64,000 nucleotides of DNA from an uncultured Gammaproteobacteria bacterium (GCA_964644045.1 CAZXUK010000001.1:5401-69400), one strand, 5' to 3'; positions 25,369-36,000 are shown, numbered from the stretch's first letter. The notes: generated from the letters alone by a model not told the origin. Program-made: numbers and translations.

Positions 25369-28300
25369 TTATTTTATCACTCTAAACACCTCATTAACGG
25401 AAGTTAAGCCGTCCAAGGCCTTTAAAAGACCGTCCTGGACCATTAAAACCGTTCCTTGTTTCAAGGCCTCTTCCTCTATCGCATAAGTGGTTGTATCACT
25501 TCTTTGGATAAGCTTTTGCATCTCCGACCCTATTTCTATGACTTCATAAATACCGATTCTGTCTTTATAGCCCAAATTATTGCACTGTTTGCAACCCTTT
25601 CCTTTATAAAATTTCAATTGGGAAGGTATTTTCTTTTTTAGCTCCGGGCTTAATTTGTCCAGACGCTCTTTCACTTCCTTTAAAACATCTTCCGGAATTT
25701 CGTCTTCCACTTTGCAATGTGGACAAATTCGACGCACCAATCTTTGCCCGATACTGCACTCCAGAGAACTGGCAAGCATTTCTCTCTCCACTCCCAGGCC
25801 GGCAAAACGATGGGTGGCTCCGGCGGCGCTGTTGGCATGAACCGTGGAAAGCACCAAATGTCCGGTTTGACTGGCCTCGATAGCGATTTTGGCCGTTTCC
25901 TGATCCCTGATCTCTCCGATCATCATTATATTGGGATTCTGCCTCAACAAAGAACGCATGGCCCGAGCAAAAGTATATTCCTGTTTTTCATCCACTTGAG
26001 TCTGCATAACCCCTTCCAAGTGATATTCAATCGGGTCCTCCACAGTAATTATCTTCACATCAGGTTTATTAAGCTTATTTAAAATACTGTAAAGAGTGGT
26101 GGTTTTACCCGAGCCGGTGGGGCCGGTATTAATTATAATCCCCCTGGTTTTTTTTATGGTTTTATTTATTACCTCCAAAGTATAAGGTTTCATGCCCAAT
26201 TCTTTCATATCCAGAGAAGCGGCTTGGTTGGCCAACAATCTAATAACTACGGTTTCTCCGTAACCTCCGGAGATGATGGAAACCCGGCAATCCATTTTTT
26301 CTTCTTCCAAAAAAATACTGAAACGGCCATCCCAAGTAGCTTTTTTCACATTAGTGGGGAAACCGGCCAAAATTTTTATCCGAGACAAAAGAGAAAAATA
26401 ATGATCCTTGGAAAGCTCTAAAAAGTCATGCAAAATTCCGTCTATTCTTAATCTTATTTTAACTTTGTTTTCCTCGGGTTCGACATGTATATCCCCGGCA
26501 TTACTTTTAATAGCGGTGGCCAGGATGATATTGATCATATCTTTGATGGGAATATTTTCTATTCGATCCTTGTCCACATCATTTATATTCATAGCCATTT
26601 CCCAACCCTGATCAAGATCCTTTTTTCTCAATTTAATCCCCCGACCAAAGGTCTTGGAAATAACAATATCATATAAAGTGTCTATATAATCGGTTTTACC
26701 TATAACCCTGAAAACCTCGTCCAAACTGGTGGTTCCGTCCAGCACTTTTAAAACTCCGTCTTGAAGCATAGTAATCATACCGTTTTCTATGGCTTGTTGA
26801 AGAATTTTAAAAGCCGGAGCATTTTCCGAGGCCAATTGTTTAATATTATCCGCCATGGTAAATATTTCGTAAATTCCGATTCTCCCTTTATAACCAATAC
26901 CATTGCATTTTTCGCAACCTTGACCGACTTTATAAACAGTAGGCATCTCTTTAGGGGTTTCCACTCCGGCCTTGGGAGAAATTACCGCTAAAATTTTTTC
27001 CACCTTTTCTTTTTCTTCCTCTCCCAATTCATGCTTTACCCGACAATTAGGACACAAACGACGCACCAATCTCTGTCCGATAATAGCGTTTATAGACGGA
27101 GTTAAAAAATAGGGCTTCACTCCGATATCAATTAAGCGGGGGATTACGCCGGATGAATCATTGGTATGGAGAGTGGATAAAACCAAATGGCCGGTTAAAC
27201 TGGCTTGAATGGCGATATCTGCGGTTTCCAAATCCCTAATTTCTCCCACCATTACTATATCCGGATCCTGCCGCAAAATAGAACGCAACCCCTTGGCGAA
27301 AGTATAATCCTTGCTTTTATCCACTTGACTCTGATTAATTCCTTCCAAGTGATATTCAATAGGGTTTTCCAAAGTAACAATTTTGGCTTCCGGATTATTC
27401 AATTTTCTTAAAATGGCGTAAAGAGTGGTGGTTTTACCCGAACCGGTGGGACCGGTGGTTAAAAGCATACCATTGGGCTTTTTAATCTCCTTTTGTAAAA
27501 TTTCATAGGCCTGGGGCATTAATCCCAATTCCTCAAAAGGTAAACTAATAGAACTGGAACGCAACAATCGCATTACCACACTTTCCCCATAATTAGTGGG
27601 CAGAAAAGAAGAACGGACCTCGATTTCTTCATCATCCAAAAAAATGGTATAACGTCCATCCTGGGGCCTGTCAGTAATATTTATTTTAACTCCGGCCAAA
27701 AGCTTCATTCGAGAAACTATCTTTTTCCATTTATCCTTATCTATTGTGGCGGCATCTTGAAGAACTCCGTCAATCCTTAAACGAACCTTGATCCCGTCTT
27801 CCTCCGCCTCAATATGAACATCACTGCAATCAGTTTTAATCCCGGTGGCCAAAATCAAAGTAACCACATCACTGATGTTTACCTTGTTTATTTTTTCATT
27901 TAAACTCTTATAATCTTTAATATCATCCCTGAATTTTTTTAAATCTTCTTCTTTAACTTCCACTCCTCCGGTAATATGTTTTACCTTGGGCAAACTCTCA
28001 TAAATCTTTAAAGCATAATTCAAACTATGTTGAGAAACCAAATAAATCTTTGCTTCTACATTAACTTCTTCTTCCAGCTCTTTTTTTAAGTCCTCCACCT
28101 CTTTTCTATCAGGTTTAACGGTGGCCAAACGCGCCCTCTTTCCGTCATAAAAAAAACATACCGTTTGTAATTTACGGGCTCTTTCCTCTTTGATTAAAGA
28201 TAAAGCTTCCGGGCTCAAAGGAAAACCTACAAGATTGATATAAGGATAACCCAAAGACTGGGCTCGTCCCTGAGCTCGCCTTTCCAGTTCCTTGAGTTTT

Positions 28301-28413
28301 ATCTCTTGTTGTTTTTTCTGAAATTTACCCTGAGTGCTTTCTTCCTCAACTTCTTCGCCCTTAGAAGCTTTAATCAGATTTTCCACGGATTGAAAACCGT
28401 TGTCATCCCCCAT
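25369..28413 (-). CDS. tandem-duplicated GspE/PilB-type secretion/pilus ATPase (two complete ATPase modules in one chain)
   Basis: N-terminal GSPII_E_N-like domain. Two sets of Walker A (GPTGSGKTTTLY), Asp box and Walker B (VGEIRD / IGEIRD). Two His boxes (GHLVLST.H.N) and two tetra-Cys motifs. Confidence 0.85.
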   Translation of the reverse strand: MGDDNGFQSVENLIKASKGEEVEEESTQGKFQKKQQEIKLKELERRAQGRAQSLGYPYINLVGFPLSPEALSLIKEERARKLQTVCFFYDGKRARLATVKPDRKEVEDLKKELEEEVNVEAKIYLVSQHSLNYALKIYESLPKVKHITGGVEVKEEDLKKFRDDIKDYKSLNEKINKVNISDVVTLILATGIKTDCSDVHIEAEEDGIKVRLRIDGVLQDAATIDKDKWKKIVSRMKLLAGVKINITDRPQDGRYTIFLDDEEIEVRSSFLPTNYGESVVMRLLRSSSISLPFEELGLMPQAYEILQKEIKKPNGMLLTTGPTGSGKTTTLYAILRKLNNPEAKIVTLENPIEYHLEGINQSQVDKSKDYTFAKGLRSILRQDPDIVMVGEIRDLETADIAIQASLTGHLVLSTLHTNDSSGVIPRLIDIGVKPYFLTPSINAIIGQRLVRRLCPNCRVKHELGEEEKEKVEKILAVISPKAGVETPKEMPTVYKVGQGCEKCNGIGYKGRIGIYEIFTMADNIKQLASENAPAFKILQQAIENGMITMLQDGVLKVLDGTTSLDEVFRVIGKTDYIDTLYDIVISKTFGRGIKLRKKDLDQGWEMAMNINDVDKDRIENIPIKDMINIILATAIKSNAGDIHVEPEENKVKIRLRIDGILHDFLELSKDHYFSLLSRIKILAGFPTNVKKATWDGRFSIFLEEEKMDCRVSIISGGYGETVVIRLLANQAASLDMKELGMKPYTLEVINKTIKKTRGIIINTGPTGSGKTTTLYSILNKLNKPDVKIITVEDPIEYHLEGVMQTQVDEKQEYTFARAMRSLLRQNPNIMMIGEIRDQETAKIAIEASQTGHLVLSTVHANSAAGATHRFAGLGVEREMLASSLECSIGQRLVRRICPHCKVEDEIPEDVLKEVKERLDKLSPELKKKIPSQLKFYKGKGCKQCNNLGYKDRIGIYEVIEIGSEMQKLIQRSDTTTYAIEEEALKQGTVLMVQDGLLKALDGLTSVNEVFRVIK

Positions 28414-28427
28414 AAAATAATTTTGTC

Positions 28428-29450
28428 TTATTTCTTAATTTGAGAAGCCAACCTTAAAATTTTGCTTAAACCGCCCTGAGAAGAATTGAGTTTAACAAAA
28501 AAATCCGTCCATGCCACAATCCGAAAAGCGCTTAAAGCCGCTCCTGCCACAGCCACAAAAATCGCCAAAATCAAAACCCCGATGACAAAAATCCAAAAAC
28601 CCAACAAAGCGCCGGAATAAAGCAAAAGAAGGTTTAAAATTAATAAAATCGGAAGAGAAATAATAAAAGAAACCACCAAAATAAGCAAACTAACAATAAA
28701 AGAAATAATAAAAAGTATAAAGGCCATTTCCACGCTAACCAACCAATTTTTAGCAAATAAGCTAAAGGCATTCCTGATAGCTTGGGAAAAACTGTTCTTT
28801 TCTATTACTATATAACAAATAGCGAATTTGGCGATAAAAGCCAAAATTAAAGCCAGGGGCACAAAAATGATAAACAGGATCATATTTAAAACCAATATCT
28901 TTACCTCTAAAGAAGTATAAGCAACATAAAATATCAAAAAGCTTAAACACAAAAAAATAGAATAAAGCAAAACTTTGATTATAATATTAATGAAAAAAAC
29001 CGGCCAAAAACTCTTGATGCCGGCCTCCACCCCTTCTTGGATTCCGGGTTCGTCTTTGGTTTTATTTTTCAAAAACCGGGAAGAATTATTTACTAAACCG
29101 ATCTGGGAAATCACGGTTAACCAGACCAAAAAACAAAATAAAGCCAAAATAATCAAAAAAATGGCCAACATTATTACCATGGAAACCGGCTCGGTTTTAA
29201 ACAAATTAATAAAATTGAAAAAAGCGCTACCACTTAGAATTCCGGTTTCTTTAATGGACTGTAAATTGTTTACAAATCTTTGAATAAAAACCCCGTCAAT
29301 TTTATTAAACAATATTTCCAACTCCAAAAAACTCCCCAAAAAAGCGGCGAAAAAACCAAAAAACCATAAATGTTTACGCTTCCAAATCATTTGAAAGCTC
29401 TCTTTTAAAATATTACGATATAAGGTCATATTTATTATCACTCCTGACAA
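28428..29450 (-). CDS. hypothetical polytopic membrane protein
   Basis: About 7 hydrophobic helices, no recognisable motif. Alternative start at M8. Confidence 0.45.
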   Translation of the reverse strand: MSGVIINMTLYRNILKESFQMIWKRKHLWFFGFFAAFLGSFLELEILFNKIDGVFIQRFVNNLQSIKETGILSGSAFFNFINLFKTEPVSMVIMLAIFLIILALFCFLVWLTVISQIGLVNNSSRFLKNKTKDEPGIQEGVEAGIKSFWPVFFINIIIKVLLYSIFLCLSFLIFYVAYTSLEVKILVLNMILFIIFVPLALILAFIAKFAICYIVIEKNSFSQAIRNAFSLFAKNWLVSVEMAFILFIISFIVSLLILVVSFIISLPILLILNLLLLYSGALLGFWIFVIGVLILAIFVAVAGAALSAFRIVAWTDFFVKLNSSQGGLSKILRLASQIKK

Positions 29451-29563
29451 ACCAAACTTTGCTTTATCAGAAGAATAGAGTTCTAAATTTTATTATTATT
29501 ATTATAACATATTTTTAAAAAATAAAAAACAACCTTTGCGTTGTTTTAAAGATAAACAAAAAT

Positions 29564-29590
29564 AAAACCCCGGATTCAAACCGGGGTTTT
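29564..29590. terminator. intrinsic terminator downstream of the rpsP-KH operon
   Basis: AAAACCCCGG-attcaaa-CCGGGGTTTT. Confidence 0.7.
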
Positions 29591-29608
29591 ATCTATAAAA
29601 ATACTTTT

Positions 29609-29953
29609 TTATATTTTTAGGTCTTCCACTGAAGAAGTGTCCACTTCTTCAGATCCAGAATTGGAGCCACCAGAATTGGAACCTTCTTGATTTTGACCCT
29701 GATTAGGATCATAGATCTTTAGATTAACCCTGGCGTTGTTTTTGGCTCCCACAATTTTCAACAGGGTCCTGATAGCTTGGGCGGTTTGACCTTTGCGGCC
29801 AATCACATTACCCATGTCTTCTGGGTCAACCTTTAAAGTTAAAAGGACGCCCATTTCGTCCACCGCTCTTTCTACCGAAACTTGATCCGGCTTAGTAACA
29901 ATGGACTTCACAATAGTTTCCAGGAATTCTTTGTCTTGTACTACATCTGCCAT
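29609..29953 (-). CDS. KH-domain RNA-binding protein (YlqC/UPF0109 family) with a Gly/Ser/Asn-rich tail
   Basis: VIGRKGQTAQAIRTLL GXXG motif. Canonical position after rpsP. Confidence 0.8.
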   Translation of the reverse strand: MADVVQDKEFLETIVKSIVTKPDQVSVERAVDEMGVLLTLKVDPEDMGNVIGRKGQTAQAIRTLLKIVGAKNNARVNLKIYDPNQGQNQEGSNSGGSNSGSEEVDTSSVEDLKI

Positions 29954-30052
29954 AAATACTTTTTCTCTTTTAAATTTGAGGGAACAAATTCAAAAGATTT
30001 TTTATTAATTTATTATTTCCGGTCGCGTTGACTAAACGCGACTTGATAATTT

Positions 30053-30529
30053 TTATTTTTCCTGCTCGTTTTCTTCACTTTCTTTTTTGCTGTTTTCTTC
30101 CTTTGCGGACTCTTCTGTCTTCTTTTCCTGTTCAGCTCCTGCCTCGGTCTCTTCTTTGTTTTTTTCAACTTCTTTTTCACTTTCCGGCCCTTTTTCACCC
30201 TCCGAAGATCTTTCTTCAATTACGGATTCCTTGGTTTTCTCTTTTGACTCTTCTTTTTTCTTTTTTTTATTTTTGCTGGCCTTAACTTTTTCTCCCTTAA
30301 TAATACCTTGGGAAATCAACAAATTATTTACTGTAGGAGAAGTTTTGGCCCCTTTGTTTAACCAATATTTTACTTGTTCGGTTTTAACTTGTAAATCTTT
30401 GGTGTGAGGATTATAGGAGCCCAAAAATTCCAAACTTCGGGAGCGAGGAATTCTGGCTTTTTCGGATACAACCATCCGATACATAGGCCTGTTTCTTTTA
30501 CCGGTTCGTGATAATCTAATAGTCAACAT
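30053..30529 (-). CDS. rpsP: 30S ribosomal protein S16 with a ~75-aa Lys/Glu-rich C-terminal extension
   Basis: MLTIRLSRTGKRNRPMYRMVV...GSYNP core, followed by a low-complexity KE tail. Confidence 0.9.
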   Translation of the reverse strand: MLTIRLSRTGKRNRPMYRMVVSEKARIPRSRSLEFLGSYNPHTKDLQVKTEQVKYWLNKGAKTSPTVNNLLISQGIIKGEKVKASKNKKKKKEESKEKTKESVIEERSSEGEKGPESEKEVEKNKEETEAGAEQEKKTEESAKEENSKKESEENEQEK

Positions 30530-30756
30530 TTTTACTGCTAATTAAGCAACATCAACTTTTCTCTTTTTTCAAAAATGTAAATGTCACCTAAAAAATTAAT
30601 TTAATCTTATTTAATTAGTAAGAATAATAACTTAATTCAGATTATAAGTCAAGGGCAAAAAAGAAAAAATTTTATTTATTTTTTAAGCGATTTCTTAAAA
30701 AAAACAACCTTGTTTTTAATAAATTCTATGTTATAATAAGCTCTATAAATCAATAA

Positions 30757-32664
30757 ATGTTTTATATGACCAAGAAAATTATTATAATAGCCGTAATTGT
30801 TTTATTGGTAGGCGGGGGAGTCTCCTATTTTTTTCTTTTTTCCCAAGAGAAAACAGCTAATTACGAAACCGCGCAAGCGAAAAAAACGGATTTAAGACAA
30901 ACTGTCCGGGAAACCGGAAAAGTAAAAGCTAATAAGGAAATCGAGCTTAGTTTTGGCCAAGGAGGAAAATTACACAAACTCTGGGTTGAAACGGGAGACA
31001 AAATTACTGCCACCCAGACCTTAGCCGAACTTGACTATACTGATTTAGAAATCCAAAAACAAGAGGCTGAAGCCAATTTAAGGGCCGCTCAGGCCAAATT
31101 GGCCAAATTACAAGCCGGAGAAAAGAAAGAAAACATTGAAGTAATAGAAAAACAAGAAAAACAAGCGGAAAAAGAATACCGTTCAGCCCTAAACAGCCTG
31201 AAAGAAACCAAAAAAAGCGCTCAAAACAGTATTGACCAAGCAGAAGAAAATTTATACAACCTGCAAAATGATGATCCCGACACCTTAACCGGCTATGAGC
31301 AATCCATACAAACAGCCCAAGACAGTTTGGAAAAAACCAAAGAAAGCTATAAACAAAGCATTGAAAAAAACCAAGAACTGGCTCTGTCAACCATCAACCA
31401 TTCTTTGGCCGTAATTAATACCGCTTTAGATGAAATTGACGAAATTATAAATGACAAGGATCTGGAAAGATTAGGATTGTTGGGAGCAAAAAATCCAAGC
31501 AATTTAGATAAAACCAAAAATCTTTATAAAGAAAGCCTTAGTTTAAAAACAAATTCTCAAGAAAGCTACGATCAAGCTTATTTAAACTCAACAGAAGAAA
31601 ATCTAAATCAAGCTTTAACTGATGCTCTCGCGGCAACTAACAAAACCATGGAGGCTCTGAATTATTGTTATAAAACCCTGGAAGACTCTGTAACCTCTCC
31701 GAATTTTACCACTACTCAACTGAACGATTACAAAACTATTATAGACGGACAAATTACCACGATTAACTCCGGTATTAATTCTTTACAAAATATTAAACAT
31801 TCCCTGGAAAGCGCTTATATCTCTTATGACTTAAACATAGCCAGCGCGGAAAATAATTTAAAAGGAGCTCAAACCAATCTAGAGGATGCGATCAGAGAAG
31901 CTGAAAACACCCTGGAAAGCGCCCGGATTAACGGAGAACAAAATATAACCACAGCCCAAAACCAGGTCCAATCAACGCTCCAAGCCTGGGAAGTGGCCAA
32001 AAGCAAACTAAAACAAATTAAAGCCTCTACCAGACAAGAAGATATAGAGCTGGCCCAAGCCGAAGTGGAGCGGGCCCGGGCCAATATAACGCTTTTGGAG
32101 GATAAAATAGCCAAAAGCGTTATAAAGGCTCCTTTTAACGGACAAATTACCCGAATAAACTATGAAGAAGGAGAACAAATTCCGCCCAATTCGCCGGTCC
32201 TTAAAGTTTTAAACGAAGCCAATCACAAAATAGAAGTGGATATCTCCGAGGTGGATATCGCCAAAGTCAATTTAAACGATAATGTTACCATAACCCTGGA
32301 TGCTTTTGGAGAAAAAGAAAAATTTCAAGGCGAGGTTCATTCCGTTGATCCGGCGGAAACTATTATTCAAGATGTTGTTTATTATGAAGTAACTATCTAT
32401 TTTACCGAATCGGAAAATAAACTAAAAAAAATTAAACCGGGAATGACCGCCAATATTACTATTCATACCGACCAAAAAAACAATGTATTGGCCATACCAA
32501 GCAGGGCGGTTATAAAAAAAGAGAAAGGAAAAATAGTCAGAGTTTTAAAAGAAGGCGAATCAAAAGAAAAAAAGGTGAAAACCGGACTGCGGGGAGATAA
32601 TGGGATGACTGAAATAGTCAGCGGCCTGGAAGGAGGAGAAGAAATAATAACTTATATAGAATAA
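30757..32664 (+). CDS. HlyD/MacA-type periplasmic adaptor with a very long coiled-coil insert
   Basis: N-terminal TM helix, lipoyl-like and beta-barrel segments at both ends, about 350 aa of heptad-rich sequence. Alternative start at 30766. Confidence 0.75.
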   Translation: MFYMTKKIIIIAVIVLLVGGGVSYFFLFSQEKTANYETAQAKKTDLRQTVRETGKVKANKEIELSFGQGGKLHKLWVETGDKITATQTLAELDYTDLEIQKQEAEANLRAAQAKLAKLQAGEKKENIEVIEKQEKQAEKEYRSALNSLKETKKSAQNSIDQAEENLYNLQNDDPDTLTGYEQSIQTAQDSLEKTKESYKQSIEKNQELALSTINHSLAVINTALDEIDEIINDKDLERLGLLGAKNPSNLDKTKNLYKESLSLKTNSQESYDQAYLNSTEENLNQALTDALAATNKTMEALNYCYKTLEDSVTSPNFTTTQLNDYKTIIDGQITTINSGINSLQNIKHSLESAYISYDLNIASAENNLKGAQTNLEDAIREAENTLESARINGEQNITTAQNQVQSTLQAWEVAKSKLKQIKASTRQEDIELAQAEVERARANITLLEDKIAKSVIKAPFNGQITRINYEEGEQIPPNSPVLKVLNEANHKIEVDISEVDIAKVNLNDNVTITLDAFGEKEKFQGEVHSVDPAETIIQDVVYYEVTIYFTESENKLKKIKPGMTANITIHTDQKNNVLAIPSRAVIKKEKGKIVRVLKEGESKEKKVKTGLRGDNGMTEIVSGLEGGEEIITYIE

Positions 32665-32694
32665 AAAACATTAAAAGCTCTGCGACTCTCCTTT

Positions 32695-33366
32695 ATGAGT
32701 CATTTAATTGAAATTCAAAACCTAAAAAAAGAATACCGCAATGAAGAATTGGTAACCAAAGTCTTAAAAGGGCTTACTTTTAATATTGACAAGGGAGAAT
32801 TTCTCTCCATTATGGGCCCTTCCGGCTCGGGTAAATCCACTCTTATGCATATTTTGGGGCTTTTGGAAAGACCTACTTCCGGGAATTACAAATTTGAAAC
32901 CGAAGATGTCAGTAATTTAAACGACAAGCAATCCGCTTATCTGCGCAACAAAAAAATAGGTTTTATGTTTCAAAATTTTAATCTTCTTCCCCGGTTGTCG
33001 GTTTTAGAAAATGTTAAACTCCCATTAACTTATTCCGAAAACAAAAAAAATCTTGCGGAAAAAGCCAAAAAAGTTTTGGAAAGCGTGGGACTCGAGGAAA
33101 GAATACATTATTTTCCCAACCAAATCTCCGGAGGGCAAAAACAAAGAGTGGCCATTGCCCGCGCTTTAGTAAACAATCCTTCGGTAATTTTCGCCGACGA
33201 ACCCACAGGAAACCTGGATTCCAAATCCAGCACGCAAATTATGGAAATTCTTGCCCGCTTGAACAAAGAAGGCAATACCATTATTCTGGTTACTCATGAT
33301 CCTCGAACAGCTAAATATTCCAAAAGAGTGATTAAAATAAAAGACGGCCAACTTTCAAATAAATAA
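32695..33366 (+). CDS. ABC transporter ATP-binding protein (MacB/LolD-like)
   Basis: [33 protein letters not shown]. Confidence 0.9.
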   Translation: MSHLIEIQNLKKEYRNEELVTKVLKGLTFNIDKGEFLSIMGPSGSGKSTLMHILGLLERPTSGNYKFETEDVSNLNDKQSAYLRNKKIGFMFQNFNLLPRLSVLENVKLPLTYSENKKNLAEKAKKVLESVGLEERIHYFPNQISGGQKQRVAIARALVNNPSVIFADEPTGNLDSKSSTQIMEILARLNKEGNTIILVTHDPRTAKYSKRVIKIKDGQLSNK

Positions 33367-33391
33367 CTTTGAGGATTCTTCTTAAAATAAA

Positions 33392-34636
33392 ATGTTTCCG
33401 CTTCTAAAACAATATTTAAAAACTTCTTTTACTTCCATATTTCATAATAAAGTCAGGAGTTTTTTAACTATGTTGGGAATTATTATAGGAGTGGCCGCGG
33501 TTATAATTATTATGGCGATCGGCTCGGGGGCTCAAAGTTTGATACTTTCCGAAATAAAAACCCTGGGGACCAATAAAGTGGGGGTTTTCCCGGGAAAATC
33601 GGAAGACAGCGGTCCTCCCACTTCCGCCATGGGCATAGTTATTACCACTCTTACTTATAAAGACGCTTTGGCCATAAAAGAAAAAATCAAGGAAGTAAAA
33701 GAAGTGGTGGCTTACAGCAATGAAAGCAGCAACACTTATTGGAGAGGGAGTAGTTATTCCACCACCATTAAGGGTTGTACCACCGGATATTTAACAGTGG
33801 ATGATGCCGAGGTTGCCCAAGGACGCTTTTTTACCAAAAAACAGGAAAAGGATATTTCCAAAGTGGCGGTTTTGGGACACACGGTAAAAAAAGAATTATT
33901 CGGCAACTCTCAAGCGATCGGAGAAACAATCAAAATTCAAAATCACCCCTTTAAAATAATAGGAGTTATGAAAGAGCAAGGAACAGTGGCCTTTCAGGAT
34001 TATGATGATCAAATTTTAGTGCCCATTAAAACCATGCAAAAAACAATCAAGGGAGTTGATTATGTGGATATGATACGAGCGGAAGTAGAAAAAGGGGAAA
34101 TAAAAAAAGGAAAAGAAAAAATCGAATTGCTTTTACGGGACAGGCATGATATTGAGGACCCCAGTGGCCGGAATGATGACTTTACCGTCCGCAGTTCCCA
34201 GGAAGCCCTGGATATAATTACTACCGTAACCAACGCCTTAAAATATTTTTTAACCGCCATGGCCGCTCTTTCTCTTTTGGTGGGAGGAATAGGAATTATG
34301 AACATAATGCTGGTTAATGTAACCGAGAGAACCAAGGAAATAGGTCTGCGTAAAGCAGTGGGCGCGAACAATCAGAATATTTTAGGACAATTCTTAATAG
34401 AAACTATGATCATTACTCTGGTGGGAGGTATCATAGGAATAATTATAGGTATAATTATTTCTTTTTTGGTTTCGGTGATTATTAAAAATCTGGGTTACTA
34501 TTGGGAATTTTCCGTTTCTTTATTATCTATAATTTCCGGTTTGGGAGTAGCCACCGGCATCGGATTGATCTTCGGGCTTTATCCGGCCCAAAAGGCCTCT
34601 CGCCTCACTCCCTTAGAGGCCCTAAGATATGAATAA
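33392..34636 (+). CDS. ABC transporter permease, MacB/FtsX family
   Basis: N-terminal TM helix, large extracytoplasmic domain, C-terminal FtsX 3-TM bundle (ERTKEIGLRKAVGA). Confidence 0.85.
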   Translation: MFPLLKQYLKTSFTSIFHNKVRSFLTMLGIIIGVAAVIIIMAIGSGAQSLILSEIKTLGTNKVGVFPGKSEDSGPPTSAMGIVITTLTYKDALAIKEKIKEVKEVVAYSNESSNTYWRGSSYSTTIKGCTTGYLTVDDAEVAQGRFFTKKQEKDISKVAVLGHTVKKELFGNSQAIGETIKIQNHPFKIIGVMKEQGTVAFQDYDDQILVPIKTMQKTIKGVDYVDMIRAEVEKGEIKKGKEKIELLLRDRHDIEDPSGRNDDFTVRSSQEALDIITTVTNALKYFLTAMAALSLLVGGIGIMNIMLVNVTERTKEIGLRKAVGANNQNILGQFLIETMIITLVGGIIGIIIGIIISFLVSVIIKNLGYYWEFSVSLLSIISGLGVATGIGLIFGLYPAQKASRLTPLEALRYE

Positions 34637-34652
34637 TTCCTAAAAACTGAAT

Positions 34653-35939
34653 ATGAATTTTTCCACCCTGATAAAAACTTCTTTAATGTCCTTAAAAGCC
34701 AATAAATTGAGAACCGGCTTAACCGTGTTGGGAATTGTTATTGGGATCGCCGCTATTATAATCGTCTTTTCGGCCGGCGCTGCGATCGAGGAATTGATTT
34801 TATCCGAAGTGCAGTCTTTCGGAAGTGATATTATAGAAACAGAAATAAAGATCCCCACGGACAAAAAAGGATTGGCCGGCGAACAACAGTCCGCCGCCAG
34901 CTTGGTTACCGGCGCTCAAGTAACCACCCTAACCCTAAAAGACATGAAGGATATTAATAAACTTCCGAATATTGAAGAGGGTTACTCCGGAGTTATGAAT
35001 CAAAAGCAGGTCAGTTATCTGAATGAAAGGAAAAAAATCTTTCTCTTGGGAACTAATGCCAGTTATACCAGAGTCGACAAAAGCGAGGTCGATAAAGGGC
35101 GCTTTTTTACGGAAAATGAAAATGAATCTTTAGCTGAAGTGGCGGTAATAGGAAACAAGGTCAAAAAAGATCTTTTTGGACCTTCCCGAGCAATAGGGGA
35201 AAAAATTTCCATCGGAAACTCCAAGTTTAAAATAATCGGGGTAATGAAAGAAAGGGGTTCGGTTTTAACTTTAAATTTTGATGAATATATTTATATTCCC
35301 GTTAAAACGCTCCAGAAAAAAATGATGGGCATAGATTATGTTGTTTACATGGTACACAAAGTAAATAATATGGAAAAGGCGAATAAAACCGCGGACAAAA
35401 TACGGGCAATTTTAAGAGATAATCACAATATCAAACCGGAATACAATGAAGAAACCGGAAAAGTGGAAACTAACCGAGATGATTTCCGAGTGATAACCAT
35501 GCAAGAAATGATGGATATGTTAAATATTATTACCGAGGCCTTGACTTTTCTTCTTTTGGCCATTGTGGCAATCTCTTTGGTAGTGGGAGGAGTGGGTATT
35601 ATGAATATAATGTATGTAATTGTAAACGAAAGAACCGGTGAGATCGGCTTGCGCAAATCAGTGGGAGCTCAAAAAAAAGATATTTTAATACAATTTTTGA
35701 TCGAATCTTCTTTAATCACTGTTTTGGGAGGAATTTTGGGAATTTTGGTGGGAATAGGAGCTTCCTATTTAATTTATTGGGGGGCTAACTCTTTTGGGGT
35801 GGATTGGAGTTTTGTCATTCCTTTAAAAGCTTATTTCACCGCTTTGGTTTTTTCCTTGGTTTTCGGAATAATATTCGGGCTTTATCCGGCCCAAAAAGCG
35901 GCCAATCTGGATCCGATCACGGCCCTAAGATTGGAATGA
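34653..35939 (+). CDS. ABC transporter permease, MacB/FtsX family (second paralog)
   Basis: Same architecture as the first permease (ERTGEIGLRKSVGA). Confidence 0.85.
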   Translation: MNFSTLIKTSLMSLKANKLRTGLTVLGIVIGIAAIIIVFSAGAAIEELILSEVQSFGSDIIETEIKIPTDKKGLAGEQQSAASLVTGAQVTTLTLKDMKDINKLPNIEEGYSGVMNQKQVSYLNERKKIFLLGTNASYTRVDKSEVDKGRFFTENENESLAEVAVIGNKVKKDLFGPSRAIGEKISIGNSKFKIIGVMKERGSVLTLNFDEYIYIPVKTLQKKMMGIDYVVYMVHKVNNMEKANKTADKIRAILRDNHNIKPEYNEETGKVETNRDDFRVITMQEMMDMLNIITEALTFLLLAIVAISLVVGGVGIMNIMYVIVNERTGEIGLRKSVGAQKKDILIQFLIESSLITVLGGILGILVGIGASYLIYWGANSFGVDWSFVIPLKAYFTALVFSLVFGIIFGLYPAQKAANLDPITALRLE

Positions 35940-36000
35940 CCAAATTTGGGAATTATGACTTTTTATGATAAAATAAAAATATTTAAATTCATTAATAAAT

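Noticed and set aside
30013-30407. ORFs 30013-30219(-), 30028-30285(+) and 30087-30407(+)
   Set aside because: These are alternative frames or strands of the low-complexity Lys/Glu-rich tail of rpsP. They are purely compositional.
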